Made by a program: the position numbers and the translations under genes
Notes under the pieces: model-generated
What the model was told of the DNA's origin: nothing
Seen by the model: only the letters and a program-made list of their open reading frames with translations
Databases searched by the model: none
NCBI GenBank assembly: GCA_040752415.1
Contig: JBFMGU010000077.1
Coordinates: forward strand, 1 to 40,902
DNA: 40,902 nucleotides
Direction of reading: 5' to 3'
Origin: Myxococcota bacterium
GTDB taxonomy: Bacteria > Myxococcota > JACRCW01
Shown: positions 20,642 to 29,650 of the stretch, piece after piece
Layout of the letters: every line of letters starts with the position of its first letter
Numbering within the stretch: the stretch's first letter is position 1

Positions 20642-21301
20642 TCAGATCCGGGGCAGTTGGTCGCTGGTGAGGCTGGCCGGCTCACTCGCGTGGCCCTTGA
20701 ACACTGCGCGGTCCGGCGCGTTCTTCAAGAGCAGCGTTCCCGCGCCCACCACGCACTCCCGACCCAGCGTGATCCCATCCCGCAGCGTGGCGTTGACGCC
20801 AATGAAGCTGTTGTCCCCCACGTGGCAGTTGCCGGAGATCACCACGTGCGACGCAATGAAGACGTGGTTGCCGATGGTGGAATGATGCCCGATGTGGTTT
20901 CCGCTCCAGAGCACCGTGTTGACGCCAATTCGGACGAAGGGCTGCACCACGTTGTTCTCGAAGATGAACGAGCCCTCGCCAACCTCGAGGCCGGGCCAGG
21001 TGACGGCCTTGCTGCACACGTAGGTCAGCATGGTGTAGCCCAAGGCCTTGGCCTTCTCGAAGAGCTCCTGACGGTTCTTGTTCACGCGGCTGTAGGCCAC
21101 GGCAATGAAGAGCTGGTGTGTGTCCGGGGGGTACGTGATGGTGATCTCTTCGAACGGCACCACCGGCACTCCCATGCACGTGGGTTCCTTGATGAACTCC
21201 CGGTTGACGGTGTGGGCTACCACCTCGTGCGGGCTGTCGTGCTTCAGGTAGAAGTGTGCCACCTGCGCAAAGTCACCAACCCCGAAAACCACCACCTTCA
21301 T
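20642..21301 (-). CDS. Hexapeptide-repeat sugar O/N-acetyltransferase (NeuD/PglD-like)
   Basis: N-terminal VVVFGVGDFA Rossmann-like segment, left-handed beta-helix repeats and NHIGHHSTIG. Confidence 0.9.
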   Translation of the reverse strand: MKVVVFGVGDFAQVAHFYLKHDSPHEVVAHTVNREFIKEPTCMGVPVVPFEEITITYPPDTHQLFIAVAYSRVNKNRQELFEKAKALGYTMLTYVCSKAVTWPGLEVGEGSFIFENNVVQPFVRIGVNTVLWSGNHIGHHSTIGNHVFIASHVVISGNCHVGDNSFIGVNATLRDGITLGRECVVGAGTLLLKNAPDRAVFKGHASEPASLTSDQLPRI

Positions 21302-21933
21302 GGCTGCCCTCCCGGGTTGCGTCGCACCAGGACGGTGAACTCGTACAGTCCGTAGTCGTGCAGCAGTGCCACGTGCCGGCTGATGTTCCGCTGGAGCCAG
21401 TCAAGGATGAAGCACGGGTCCGCGTAGTAGAGGTTCGCGCGCCGCTTGGGCGGGTCGGAGTAGCTGGTGAGGAAGTTGGCGGCCCATCCCACGCGCGCCC
21501 GTTGGTGGAGCTGCAGCAGCGTGTCCAGGATGTAGTCGCGCCACACCCCGTCGGAGTGCTCCAGGCGCACGTTGAAGATGCCGCTGGCCACGCTGTAGTC
21601 GCACTCCTCCACCTCGTCCCAGCTTGACGTGAAGCGGGTGTTCCCGTCGGGGTGCAGTCCGCGCGCGCTGGCAACCATCTGCGGCGAGATGTCGTAGCCC
21701 ACGTAACGGAACTCCCGGCGGCGCTGGCCCAGGAAGGTCCGCAGCCCCCCGTAGCCGCATCCCACGTCCAGTACGCTGAACCCCTCGGCGGGAAGGATTC
21801 GCGCCAACTGCTCGAAGCGGAGCGCCTGGGACTCCCCGCTGTTCCAATCCACGCCGCGGTGCGTGGGGCCGTGCTCGGCGAGCTTGGCTTCGTAGTAGCG
21901 GGCAACGTCCTGATGGATGTGCTGGTGCGTCAT
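21298..21933 (-). CDS. Class I SAM-dependent methyltransferase
   Basis: YY...L..HG....GVDWNS..SQ.LRF, SVLDVGCGYG, YVGYDIS and DYSVASGIFN. Start trimmed to MTHQHIHQ. Confidence 0.9.
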   Translation of the reverse strand: MTHQHIHQDVARYYEAKLAEHGPTHRGVDWNSGESQALRFEQLARILPAEGFSVLDVGCGYGGLRTFLGQRRREFRYVGYDISPQMVASARGLHPDGNTRFTSSWDEVEECDYSVASGIFNVRLEHSDGVWRDYILDTLLQLHQRARVGWAANFLTSYSDPPKRRANLYYADPCFILDWLQRNISRHVALLHDYGLYEFTVLVRRNPGGQP

Positions 21934-21955
21934 CTCAGCGCTCGTCAGGTGTGGC

Positions 21956-22738
21956 TCAGGGTCCCAGGATCCGGGACCGGCCCTTGAGGTGGCGCGCGGC
22001 ATTGGTGCCCAGGTTGAACACCAGGTCCAGGATGCTGACGGCATGCTCGAAGGGTGGGTGGACCTGCGGGTATTCCGGGTAGTTGCTGTAGTCGATGTAG
22101 CGCACCGTGATTCCGCTGCGCTGGAACGGCGCCTCGTCCATGTACGCGCGTGCGGTGGGGCCGCTGAGGTACTCCGTGGCGCGGGTCTGCTGGCACAAGG
22201 AGACCAACCTCTCCACCCGGCCTTCCTCGACCCGGTAGTCCGACGACCAGGTCAGGGGCGTCCGGATCCCCAGGAACCGCAGGATGTTCGTCAGGAAGTG
22301 GTGATTCACCTCGCTGAGGAAGCTGTGCGTGGCGGTCATGTACCAGCTCTCCACCATGTCCTTGACCTCGGCAAAACACGCCGCGCGCGCGTAGTTGTGG
22401 AACAGCGTGTGGAGGTGGGTGCGACGCCAGGACGGGCTCGCAATGCGGGTGTCGCGGATGCGCTGCTCGTACTTGCCCTTGACCTCCACCGGGATGGTCA
22501 GCCAGCGCGGCCCCTGTGCGGTCTTGATGAGGTTGCGGTTGCGCCAGCTCCGTCGCGTGTACTGGACGTTGTCGAAGAGGATGAACTCGTCCACCGCGCC
22601 AATCAGGTCGAAGTAGCCCTTCCACGGGACGTAGTTCGACTGCACAATCGCCACGCGTCGGGCGGGGGTGGCTTGGGTGTCCGTTGGGGGATGGGTGGGA
22701 AGCGGGTCCGCCGGGGCCTTGCGCGCAGTCGTGGTCAC
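21956..22738 (-). CDS. WbqC-like family protein
   Basis: AIVQSNYVPWKGYFDLI..DEFILFDNVQY..RSWRNRN.IKT, YLSGP.A..Y and SILDLVFN. GTG start at 22738 is preceded by GGAGG. Confidence 0.92.
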   Translation of the reverse strand: MTTTARKAPADPLPTHPPTDTQATPARRVAIVQSNYVPWKGYFDLIGAVDEFILFDNVQYTRRSWRNRNLIKTAQGPRWLTIPVEVKGKYEQRIRDTRIASPSWRRTHLHTLFHNYARAACFAEVKDMVESWYMTATHSFLSEVNHHFLTNILRFLGIRTPLTWSSDYRVEEGRVERLVSLCQQTRATEYLSGPTARAYMDEAPFQRSGITVRYIDYSNYPEYPQVHPPFEHAVSILDLVFNLGTNAARHLKGRSRILGP

Positions 22739-22894
22739 CGCTTTCCTCCAGGTGCCGTGGTTGTGCCCCTGCCCTGCGGCTTTTGTCCAGGGATCCTCCT
22801 GGCCGGGCGTCGGCGTCAGCTTCGCCACGTGGGCCCGCGGCGCGGCACTTGTCTCCGCGCCGAAGATGGGGTTTTGCTGGGGCCAGGGAGCGTC

Positions 22895-23872
22895 ATGTCC
22901 GTTGAGCTGTCGGTGGTGACGACGATGTACATGAGCGCGCCGTACCTGCGGGAGTTCCACGCGCGGGTCACGCGCGCTGCGGCGTCCATCTCGTCATCCT
23001 TCGAGGTCATCTACGTCAACGACGGGTCCCGGGATGACTCGCTGGAAGTGGCGCGGGAGATCCAGCGGGGGGACGTCCCGGTGCGGATCGTGGACCTGTC
23101 GCGCAACTTCGGGCACCACCGCGCCATCATGACGGGGTTGGCGCACGCGCGCGGGAGACAGGTGTTCCTCATTGACTGCGACCTGGAGGAGCCGCCGGAA
23201 GAGCTCCCCCGCTTCCACGAGGTGCTGCAGCGTGAGCGCGCCGACGCGGTGTTTGGCGTGCAGGTCAAGCGCAAGGGCGGCCTGATGGAGCGGGTGAGCG
23301 GCGCACTGTTCTACCGGCTCTTCAACCTGCTGTCCTCGCATGCCGTGACGGAGAACCAGGTTATCGCCAGGTTGATGACGCGCCGGTACGTGGACGCGCT
23401 GGTGATGCACCGTGACCGCGAGATCTTCCTGGCCGGCCTGGCCGCCATCACCGGCTTCAAGCAGGTGGCGGTGCCGGTGGAGAAGCACAGCAAGGGCAGC
23501 ACCACCTATACGTTCAGCAAGCGGGTGGCGGCGCTGGTCAACGCCTTGACGTCGTTCAGCAGCAAGCCGCTCGTCTACATCTTCTACCTGGGGCTGGTGA
23601 TTTCCGTCGTGGCTGCGGCGGCTGCGGCCTACCTGATCATCCGGCGGGTGTTCTTTGGCGTGTTGCTCAGTGGCTGGCCATCCCTCATGGTGTCCATCTG
23701 GTTCTTTGGCGGGATGACCATTTTCTGCATCGGGGTGATTGGCATCTACCTCTCCAAGGTCTTCTCGGAGATCAAGGACCGGCCCTACACCATCGTGCGG
23801 GAAGTCCTTGAGCCTGACGTGCAGCCATTGGCCTCTGCGTCACGCCCGGTCAGCCTGGAGAAGGAATCCTGA
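22895..23872 (+). CDS. Glycosyltransferase family 2, GtrB/ArnC-like polyprenol-phosphate glycosyltransferase
   Basis: YVNDGSRD, LSRNFGHHRA, DCDLEEPPE, two C-terminal TM helices and GIYLSKVF.EIK.RP. Confidence 0.92.
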   Translation: MSVELSVVTTMYMSAPYLREFHARVTRAAASISSSFEVIYVNDGSRDDSLEVAREIQRGDVPVRIVDLSRNFGHHRAIMTGLAHARGRQVFLIDCDLEEPPEELPRFHEVLQRERADAVFGVQVKRKGGLMERVSGALFYRLFNLLSSHAVTENQVIARLMTRRYVDALVMHRDREIFLAGLAAITGFKQVAVPVEKHSKGSTTYTFSKRVAALVNALTSFSSKPLVYIFYLGLVISVVAAAAAAYLIIRRVFFGVLLSGWPSLMVSIWFFGGMTIFCIGVIGIYLSKVFSEIKDRPYTIVREVLEPDVQPLASASRPVSLEKES

Positions 23873-23881
23873 AGACCTGGG

Positions 23882-25468
23882 TCAGGGCCCGGCGGGTCGG
23901 ACCCGACGGAAATGGAAGATGTCCGCGGTGTAGGGGCCCGCGCTGAGCACCTCGCGGGTGTGGGTGAACGCGGGGTCCTTCATGAGGCGGAGCAGGGCGC
24001 GCAGGTAGGGATCCTGGAAGTACAGCGCGAATCCCACAAAGGCGTAGAACTCGTCGGGCAGGCCCCGGGAGTCCTCGCTCAGCAGCTCCGGTGCGTGCAC
24101 GTGGAAGTGCCCGTTTTGCGGCACGCGCGTGACGTAGCCCATGTCCGGGTAGCTGGTCAGGTAGTGCTCGGCAATGCTGTAGTACTTGGTGACGTCGGGC
24201 GGAAGCTCCTCGGCGCGCGCGGCCAGCCCCTGGTGGAGCGCCAGCAGGTCCTTGTAGTCCAGTGAGCGCTCCGCCCAGCAGCCGTCGTTGGAGTCCGGCG
24301 GTGTGTACAGGCGACCTTGCTGGTTGATGAGGAAGAAGATGGCCAGGCCCGCGGCGCCCACCGGAAGGGGCCAGCGCACCCGGACGCGGGCCAGGACACC
24401 CAGCAGGGTCAGCAGGATGAAGGGCATCACCTCGACGTGGTAGCGCGGGATGAGGTGGGCGGTGACTCCCGCGAGCGGGTGGAACAGCAGGAAGCCATGG
24501 AACGCAAAGCAGATGCTTCCGGAGACCAGCAGGATGCGTTGGCTCTCGTCGGTCAGCGCCTGGCGCCAGCGCGGCAGGAGCGCCCGGGAGAGCAGCAGAC
24601 CCCCCAACGCCGCGGCAGACAGCGAAAGCAGGCCAACGTCCAGCATGGCGTTCCAGTAGGTCCGAAAGTGCAGCGCCACGTGGCCCAGCAGGTCCGGCGG
24701 CGTGTAGCTGACGTTCTCGACGAAGAGCACGCGCAGGGAAAATGCCAGCGGAAAGGCCGCCAGCAGCGCGGCGGCACGAGCCACGCGTTGCACCACCGGT
24801 CCGGGCAGCAGCACGGTGCAGGCTGCCAGCGCCACCGCTCCCACGGCGCCTGGTTCCTTGGTGGCCACGTCCAGGAACAACACCACGAACGTCAACAGTG
24901 TGTGACCGCGCAGCCAGGCCAGCACCGCCGTGACGTGCAGGGCGAGGATGAGGGTCTCCAGGTAGATCATGCGACCCTGTGCCATCACCAGCGGGTGCAG
25001 CAGGCAGAGCAACATCACCGCCACGCCCCAGCGTCGACCCAGCACGCGGCTGGCCAGCACCGTGGTGCCCGTCAGGCCCGTGGCCAGGATGGCCCGCCAC
25101 ACCAGGTGCAGCACCACCACCGCCGCGCGCGGTGAGTCCACCAGCCGGTACACCAACGCCACCAGGAACGTGGCGACGGAGTTGGCGTGCGCATTGGGCC
25201 CACCCGCGGTGATGGGCGGCATCCGGAGCAGCTCGGTGTAGGTGGTGTCGGTGCGCAGCCAGTGCAGCGCGGCCGGGAAGATGCTGAAGGCGGCATCCCA
25301 GAAGGGCGGCTCCAGCAGCGCGTCGGCGGTCAGGGCCAGCACCAGGCCGAAGTGGCACAGCCACAACCGCGCCGGCGACTTCCACATCCCATCCACGACC
25401 CGTTGCAGGGCCGTGGACACGGAGGCAGGGGATGGGTCGGGGGGGGACGCCAGGGCGGGAGCGGACAC
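23882..25468 (-). CDS. Polytopic membrane protein, probable GT-C glycosyltransferase
   Basis: About 11-12 TM segments, PPFWD in the first loop, YLE, TKE and PRY motifs, and a soluble C-terminal domain. Start is uncertain (25468, 25420 or 25387). Confidence 0.65.
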   Translation of the reverse strand: MSAPALASPPDPSPASVSTALQRVVDGMWKSPARLWLCHFGLVLALTADALLEPPFWDAAFSIFPAALHWLRTDTTYTELLRMPPITAGGPNAHANSVATFLVALVYRLVDSPRAAVVVLHLVWRAILATGLTGTTVLASRVLGRRWGVAVMLLCLLHPLVMAQGRMIYLETLILALHVTAVLAWLRGHTLLTFVVLFLDVATKEPGAVGAVALAACTVLLPGPVVQRVARAAALLAAFPLAFSLRVLFVENVSYTPPDLLGHVALHFRTYWNAMLDVGLLSLSAAALGGLLLSRALLPRWRQALTDESQRILLVSGSICFAFHGFLLFHPLAGVTAHLIPRYHVEVMPFILLTLLGVLARVRVRWPLPVGAAGLAIFFLINQQGRLYTPPDSNDGCWAERSLDYKDLLALHQGLAARAEELPPDVTKYYSIAEHYLTSYPDMGYVTRVPQNGHFHVHAPELLSEDSRGLPDEFYAFVGFALYFQDPYLRALLRLMKDPAFTHTREVLSAGPYTADIFHFRRVRPAGP

Positions 25469-25614
25469 AGCAGGAGGGTCGGGCCGCCTCCGTGGGCAGC
25501 GAGCCGCCGGAGTTTTCCCGACCACGCGCCTCAAGGCAAGATCCCCGACGGAGAGGCCCGGGCCCGGTGCGGAACGTGACCTGCGGAGAGGCCCGGCCTA
25601 GGCTTGAGCACCCC

Positions 25615-26631
25615 GTGGACGGCATCACCCATACGCTGTTCGGGCTGGCACTGGCGGAGCTGGGGTTTCTCCGGCGGCTGGGGGCTGGCCGTGCGCGCGC
25701 CCTCTCGGTGGTGGCCGCCAACGTGCCGGACGTCGACGTGATGCTCCTGCTGGCCTCCCGCGAGCGCTACGTGCTGGATCACGACGGTGCCACGCACGGG
25801 CTGGTCTCACTGGCGTTGCTGCCGCCGTTGATGGGGCGGCTGGCCCTGCTGGGCACCCCGCGTTCCCCCGCCGCGGTCCGGGCGGCCACCGCGTTGGCGG
25901 CGCTGGCGCTGGCGGGGCACCTGCTGCTGGACCTGCTCACCTCGCGCGGGGCCATGGTGCTGTGGCCGCTGGCCCAGGAGCGCGTGGCGCTGGACTGGCT
26001 GCATGACCCGGACCCGGTGGTGGCGGTGCTGCTCCTGTTGACCTGGGCCCTGCGCGTCGGGCCCCTGCCCGGGCCGCGCGCGGCGGCGGGGAGCATCCTC
26101 GTCGTGGGGCTGTACGTGGGATTGCAGGGGGCGGCGCACGGCGTGGTGCTCAAGCGGGCTTCGGCCTGGGCGCGGCTGGAGGGGCTGGAGGTGGAGGCGG
26201 CGTTTGCGTTTCCGGAGCGCCCCGGCGGGCTGTGGTGGAGCACCGTGGCGGTCAATGACGAGGAGGCGCTGCATCGCTACGTGGACCTGCTGGGCCCGGC
26301 CCGACTGGGCCTGCGCCTGCCAAGAGGCCTGGAGGAGCCGCTGGTGGAGGAATTCCTGGCCACGTCACTGGGGGCAAGGTGGCTGGAGTGGTCGCGCGTG
26401 CCCATGGCCGCCAGCGTGGAGCTCCCCGACGGACGCTACGAGGTCTGGGTGCGCGACCTGCGCTTCAATGACCGCTTCCACGGAGCTGAACGCGGCGCCC
26501 GCATGGACCTGCGCGCGCGCTTTGATCCCGCCGGCCAGATGCGGGAGCACACCTGGTTCCTGGATGAGCCGCCGTGGGAAGCCACCCCGCTTCCCGCCAT
26601 CCCGCCGCTGACTCCCGGGAGGGCGCCATGA
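25615..26631 (+). CDS. Membrane-bound metal-dependent hydrolase (YdjM/DUF457 family)
   Basis: GTG start MDGITHTLFG, ANVPDVD, H.GATHGL and GHLLLDLLTSRG..LWP. Confidence 0.88.
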   Translation: MDGITHTLFGLALAELGFLRRLGAGRARALSVVAANVPDVDVMLLLASRERYVLDHDGATHGLVSLALLPPLMGRLALLGTPRSPAAVRAATALAALALAGHLLLDLLTSRGAMVLWPLAQERVALDWLHDPDPVVAVLLLLTWALRVGPLPGPRAAAGSILVVGLYVGLQGAAHGVVLKRASAWARLEGLEVEAAFAFPERPGGLWWSTVAVNDEEALHRYVDLLGPARLGLRLPRGLEEPLVEEFLATSLGARWLEWSRVPMAASVELPDGRYEVWVRDLRFNDRFHGAERGARMDLRARFDPAGQMREHTWFLDEPPWEATPLPAIPPLTPGRAP

Positions 26632-28073
26632 CGGAATCCGTGCTCCCCGCCATCACCGACGGCTGGCGCGTGGTGTTTGCCTGTGTGCTCCTGCTCATCA
26701 ACGCGTTCTTCGTGGCGGCGGAGTTCGCCCTGGTGCGCGTGCGCCAGACCCGCCTCAAGGAGCTGGCCGCCAGTGGCGACGAGCGCGCCGCCTCCGCCGC
26801 CGGCATCCACCAGCAGATGGACAGCTACCTCTCCGCCTGCCAGCTCGGCGTCACGGCGGCGTCGCTGGGCCTGGGCTGGGTGGGTGAGCCGGTGGCGGCG
26901 GCGCTGCTCACCCCGGTGCTCCAACCCGTCCTCGAGCTGGTGGCGCCCGGCGCGCTCGGCTACCTGCACGGCTTCACCGTGGTGGTGGGCTTTGCGCTCA
27001 TCACGTTCCTGCACATCGTCGTCGGGGAGCAGGCGCCCAAGATCCTGGCCATTGCGCGCTCGGAGACCATGGTGCTGCAGAGCGCCCTGCCGCTGCGTGT
27101 CTTCCACGTGCTGGCCTGGCCGTTCATCTACGTGCTGAACACCGCCTCCAACGCGCTGTGCCGCCTCATGGGCGTGGACCCCGCCACCGCCGCCCACGGC
27201 GAGGTGCACAGCGGGCAGGAGCTCAAGCTCATCCTGGATGCCAGCGGCCAGCAGGCCGGCATCTCCCGGGCCGCGCGCGACGTGGTCACCCGGGCCCTGG
27301 ACTTCAGCAAGCGCACCGTGCGCGAGGTCATGGTCCCCCGCAGCGACATCCTCTACCTGGACACCCAGCGCACCACCGCCAACAACCTCAAGGTGGCGCT
27401 GGAGGGCGGCTTCACCCGCTTCCCCTTGTGTGAGGGGGACCTGGACCACGTCCGCGGCATGATCCACCTCCGCGACCTGCTGGACGCCCGCCTGGCCCCC
27501 AAGGTCGAGGCCGCCGGCAAGCCGCCCCGTCCCGACGGGGAGCTGGACCTCCGCGCGCTGGCGCGCAAGGCCAAGTACATGCCGGAGCAGATGACGCTCT
27601 CCAACGCGCTCAAGGAGTTCCAGCGCACGCGGACGCACCAGGCCATCGTCGTGGATGAGTACGGCGGCACGGTGGGCCTGGTGACGCTGGAGGACGTCCT
27701 GGAGGCGCTGGTGGGGCCCATCCAGGACGAGTTCGACGAGGAGGCGCCGCTCTTCCAGGGCGTGGGCAAGGGCGTGGTGCGGGTGGACGGCAGCGCGCCG
27801 CTGGCGGAGGTCAACCAGAACTTCGGTTTGGACATCCAGGATCCGCACCACGGGACGCTCGGCGGCCACATCACCATGCTGCTGGGGCGAATTGCCCAGG
27901 TGGGAGACCGCGTGCGCATTGGCGACTTCGACGTTGTCGTCGAGGAGATGGCGCGCCTGGCGGTGGGCAAGGTGAGCTTTGTGCCCCGCCCGGAGGGGCC
28001 GCCGGCGGGTGGGGCCACGTCGGGCACACCGCCGCACACCCCGGGCGCGTCGGCGTCCGGGGAAAGAGAGTGA
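26628..28073 (+). CDS. Hemolysin/CNNM family protein (DUF21 + CBS pair + CorC_HlyC), Mg/Co transport related
   Basis: NAFFVAAEFALV, CQLGVT..SLGLGW.GEP, HIVVGEQAPK, VMVPR and VVDEYGGTVGLVTLEDVLE..VG.I.DEFD. Confidence 0.95.
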   Translation: MTESVLPAITDGWRVVFACVLLLINAFFVAAEFALVRVRQTRLKELAASGDERAASAAGIHQQMDSYLSACQLGVTAASLGLGWVGEPVAAALLTPVLQPVLELVAPGALGYLHGFTVVVGFALITFLHIVVGEQAPKILAIARSETMVLQSALPLRVFHVLAWPFIYVLNTASNALCRLMGVDPATAAHGEVHSGQELKLILDASGQQAGISRAARDVVTRALDFSKRTVREVMVPRSDILYLDTQRTTANNLKVALEGGFTRFPLCEGDLDHVRGMIHLRDLLDARLAPKVEAAGKPPRPDGELDLRALARKAKYMPEQMTLSNALKEFQRTRTHQAIVVDEYGGTVGLVTLEDVLEALVGPIQDEFDEEAPLFQGVGKGVVRVDGSAPLAEVNQNFGLDIQDPHHGTLGGHITMLLGRIAQVGDRVRIGDFDVVVEEMARLAVGKVSFVPRPEGPPAGGATSGTPPHTPGASASGERE

Positions 28074-28152
28074 CGGGCCTTCGGGCGCGGACTAAGGTGT
28101 CCACGGGGTGGATGCCGGTAGGGTCGGCGCAACCCGGCTACAAGGAGCTCCC

Positions 28153-28569
28153 GTGAAACGGATTGCGCGCGGCTTCACGCTGGTCGAATTGATGATCGTC
28201 GTCGCCATTGTCGCGGTGCTCGCCGCCATCGCACTGCCCAACTTCAACAAGTTCCAGTGTCGCGCCAAGCAGTCGGAGGCCAAGGAGATTCTCAAGGGCG
28301 CGTACATGGTGGAGATGGCCTACAACGCGGAGTTCGGCACCTTCGTCGACGTCACCGCGCTGACGCTCTACGCCGGCCTGGACTGGCGCACCTTCGCTGA
28401 GACCAAGTACTACCTGGTCACCAGCGGCGCTGTTTCGCTCACGGACTTCACCATCACCGCCAAGGATGACCGGGAGCCCATCCAGATTGGCGTGACCTAC
28501 AAGGACACGTGGGAGCTCACCAGCGCGGAGAGCCGCCCGGTCATCATCCTGGACGCCTGCCCGCACTGA
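28153..28569 (+). CDS. Type IVa pilin (PilA-like)
   Basis: GTG start after AAGGAG. Prepilin motif RG|FTLVELMIVVAIVAVLAAIALP, then NFNKFQCRAKQSEAK, which resembles the myxobacterial PilA alpha1 helix. Confidence 0.92.
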   Translation: MKRIARGFTLVELMIVVAIVAVLAAIALPNFNKFQCRAKQSEAKEILKGAYMVEMAYNAEFGTFVDVTALTLYAGLDWRTFAETKYYLVTSGAVSLTDFTITAKDDREPIQIGVTYKDTWELTSAESRPVIILDACPH

Positions 28570-28584
28570 GCGCGGCTTTTTTTT
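28561..28584 (+). terminator. Possible intrinsic terminator after the pilin gene
   Basis: Short CCGC...GCGG stem followed by T8, which is rare in this high-GC DNA. The stem is weak. Confidence 0.4.
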
Positions 28585-28650
28585 GGACCCCGCATAGCTG
28601 CGCCCCTAGCTTGGCCGCGTGGATGCCCAACGCATCCGGGCGGAGGCGCG

Positions 28651-29373
28651 GTGCTCCATCATCCCACTCCCAGCTCCACCAGGTTCCCGCGGCTCGCGGT
28701 GTTGGCGCTTGTGCTGGTCGTCGGGTGTGCGCCCGGGCGGGCCCAGCGTGCCGAGACGCCGGTGGCGGCCGCGCCGGTCTACCCCTCCTTCCCGCGGGGT
28801 GCCGAGGCGGCGCTGGATGCCGACGGCGCCGTCCGACGCAAGCGGGCCCTGGTGGCCACCCACGCGGCGCGCACCGTGGGCCGCCGCGCCCCCCACCGCG
28901 GTGACGACGGGAGTGCGCTGGTCCACGCCGCCTACCTGGTCTCCGGTCTCGACGTGACAGGGGGTCGCGCCCCCTCGGCGCAGGCGCTCTATGAGTACGC
29001 GCGCGTTCGCGGCCTGTTGCACCGGCAGACCCGCCCTCGCCCCGGCGACGTGGTGTTCTTCCATGACACCTACGACCGCAACGGCGACGGGAAGCTCAAC
29101 GACCCGCTCACCCACGTGGCGCTGGTGGAGCGCGTGGAGGACGACGGCACCGTGGTCATCATCCACCGCGCCGGCGGGAGCGTGTTGCGCCAACGCATGA
29201 ATCTGCTCCATCCCAACGCGCGCACCGACCCCAAGACCGGCCGGACCTGGAACCACCTCTTGCGTCGCGCCCGCCCCGGCGCCCCGGCGCGCACCACCGC
29301 GGAGCTGTTTGCCGGCTTTGCCACGCTGCACCTGGGCGGCGGCGGCGCGGCGCCCACGCTGGCCTCGCGTTAG
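28651..29373 (+). CDS. NlpC/P60 (CHAP-like) lipoprotein with the catalytic Cys apparently replaced
   Basis: Lipobox LVVG-C. PRPGDVVFFHDTYDRNGDGKLNDPLTHVALV matches the NlpC/P60 core. DGSALV stands where DCSG(L/F)V is expected. Start is uncertain. Confidence 0.8.
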   Translation: MLHHPTPSSTRFPRLAVLALVLVVGCAPGRAQRAETPVAAAPVYPSFPRGAEAALDADGAVRRKRALVATHAARTVGRRAPHRGDDGSALVHAAYLVSGLDVTGGRAPSAQALYEYARVRGLLHRQTRPRPGDVVFFHDTYDRNGDGKLNDPLTHVALVERVEDDGTVVIIHRAGGSVLRQRMNLLHPNARTDPKTGRTWNHLLRRARPGAPARTTAELFAGFATLHLGGGGAAPTLASR

Positions 29374-29446
29374 CTCCCGGGGGCGCGCTATGACGCGGCG
29401 GTCCGTCACGGCGTCCGTCGCCGGTGGACCAAGGAGCGGTGAGGCC

Positions 29447-29650
29447 ATGGCCGTGCCCAAGGAGCTGCTGGATATCCTCGTCTGTCCCAAGAGCAAGGCG
29501 CCGCTCACCTATGATCAGCAGCGCAACGCGCTGATTTGTGAGGCCAGCCAGCTGGTCTACCGCGTGGAGGACGACATCCCCGTGATGCTGGTGGAGGAGG
29601 CCGAACCGCTGGCCCAGTGGCGCAAGCGACACGGCCTGGACAAGTCGTGA
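29447..29650 (+). CDS. Trm112/YcaR family protein
   Basis: MAVPKELLDILVCPKSKAPL...LICEAS.L.Y.VEDDIPVMLVEEA. Confidence 0.92.
   Translation: MAVPKELLDILVCPKSKAPLTYDQQRNALICEASQLVYRVEDDIPVMLVEEAEPLAQWRKRHGLDKS

Noticed and set aside
28085..28140. GATGCC..TAGGGTC upstream of the pilin, similar to 38078-38090
   Set aside because: The match is short and gapped, with no shared surrounding structure. It is plausibly chance.
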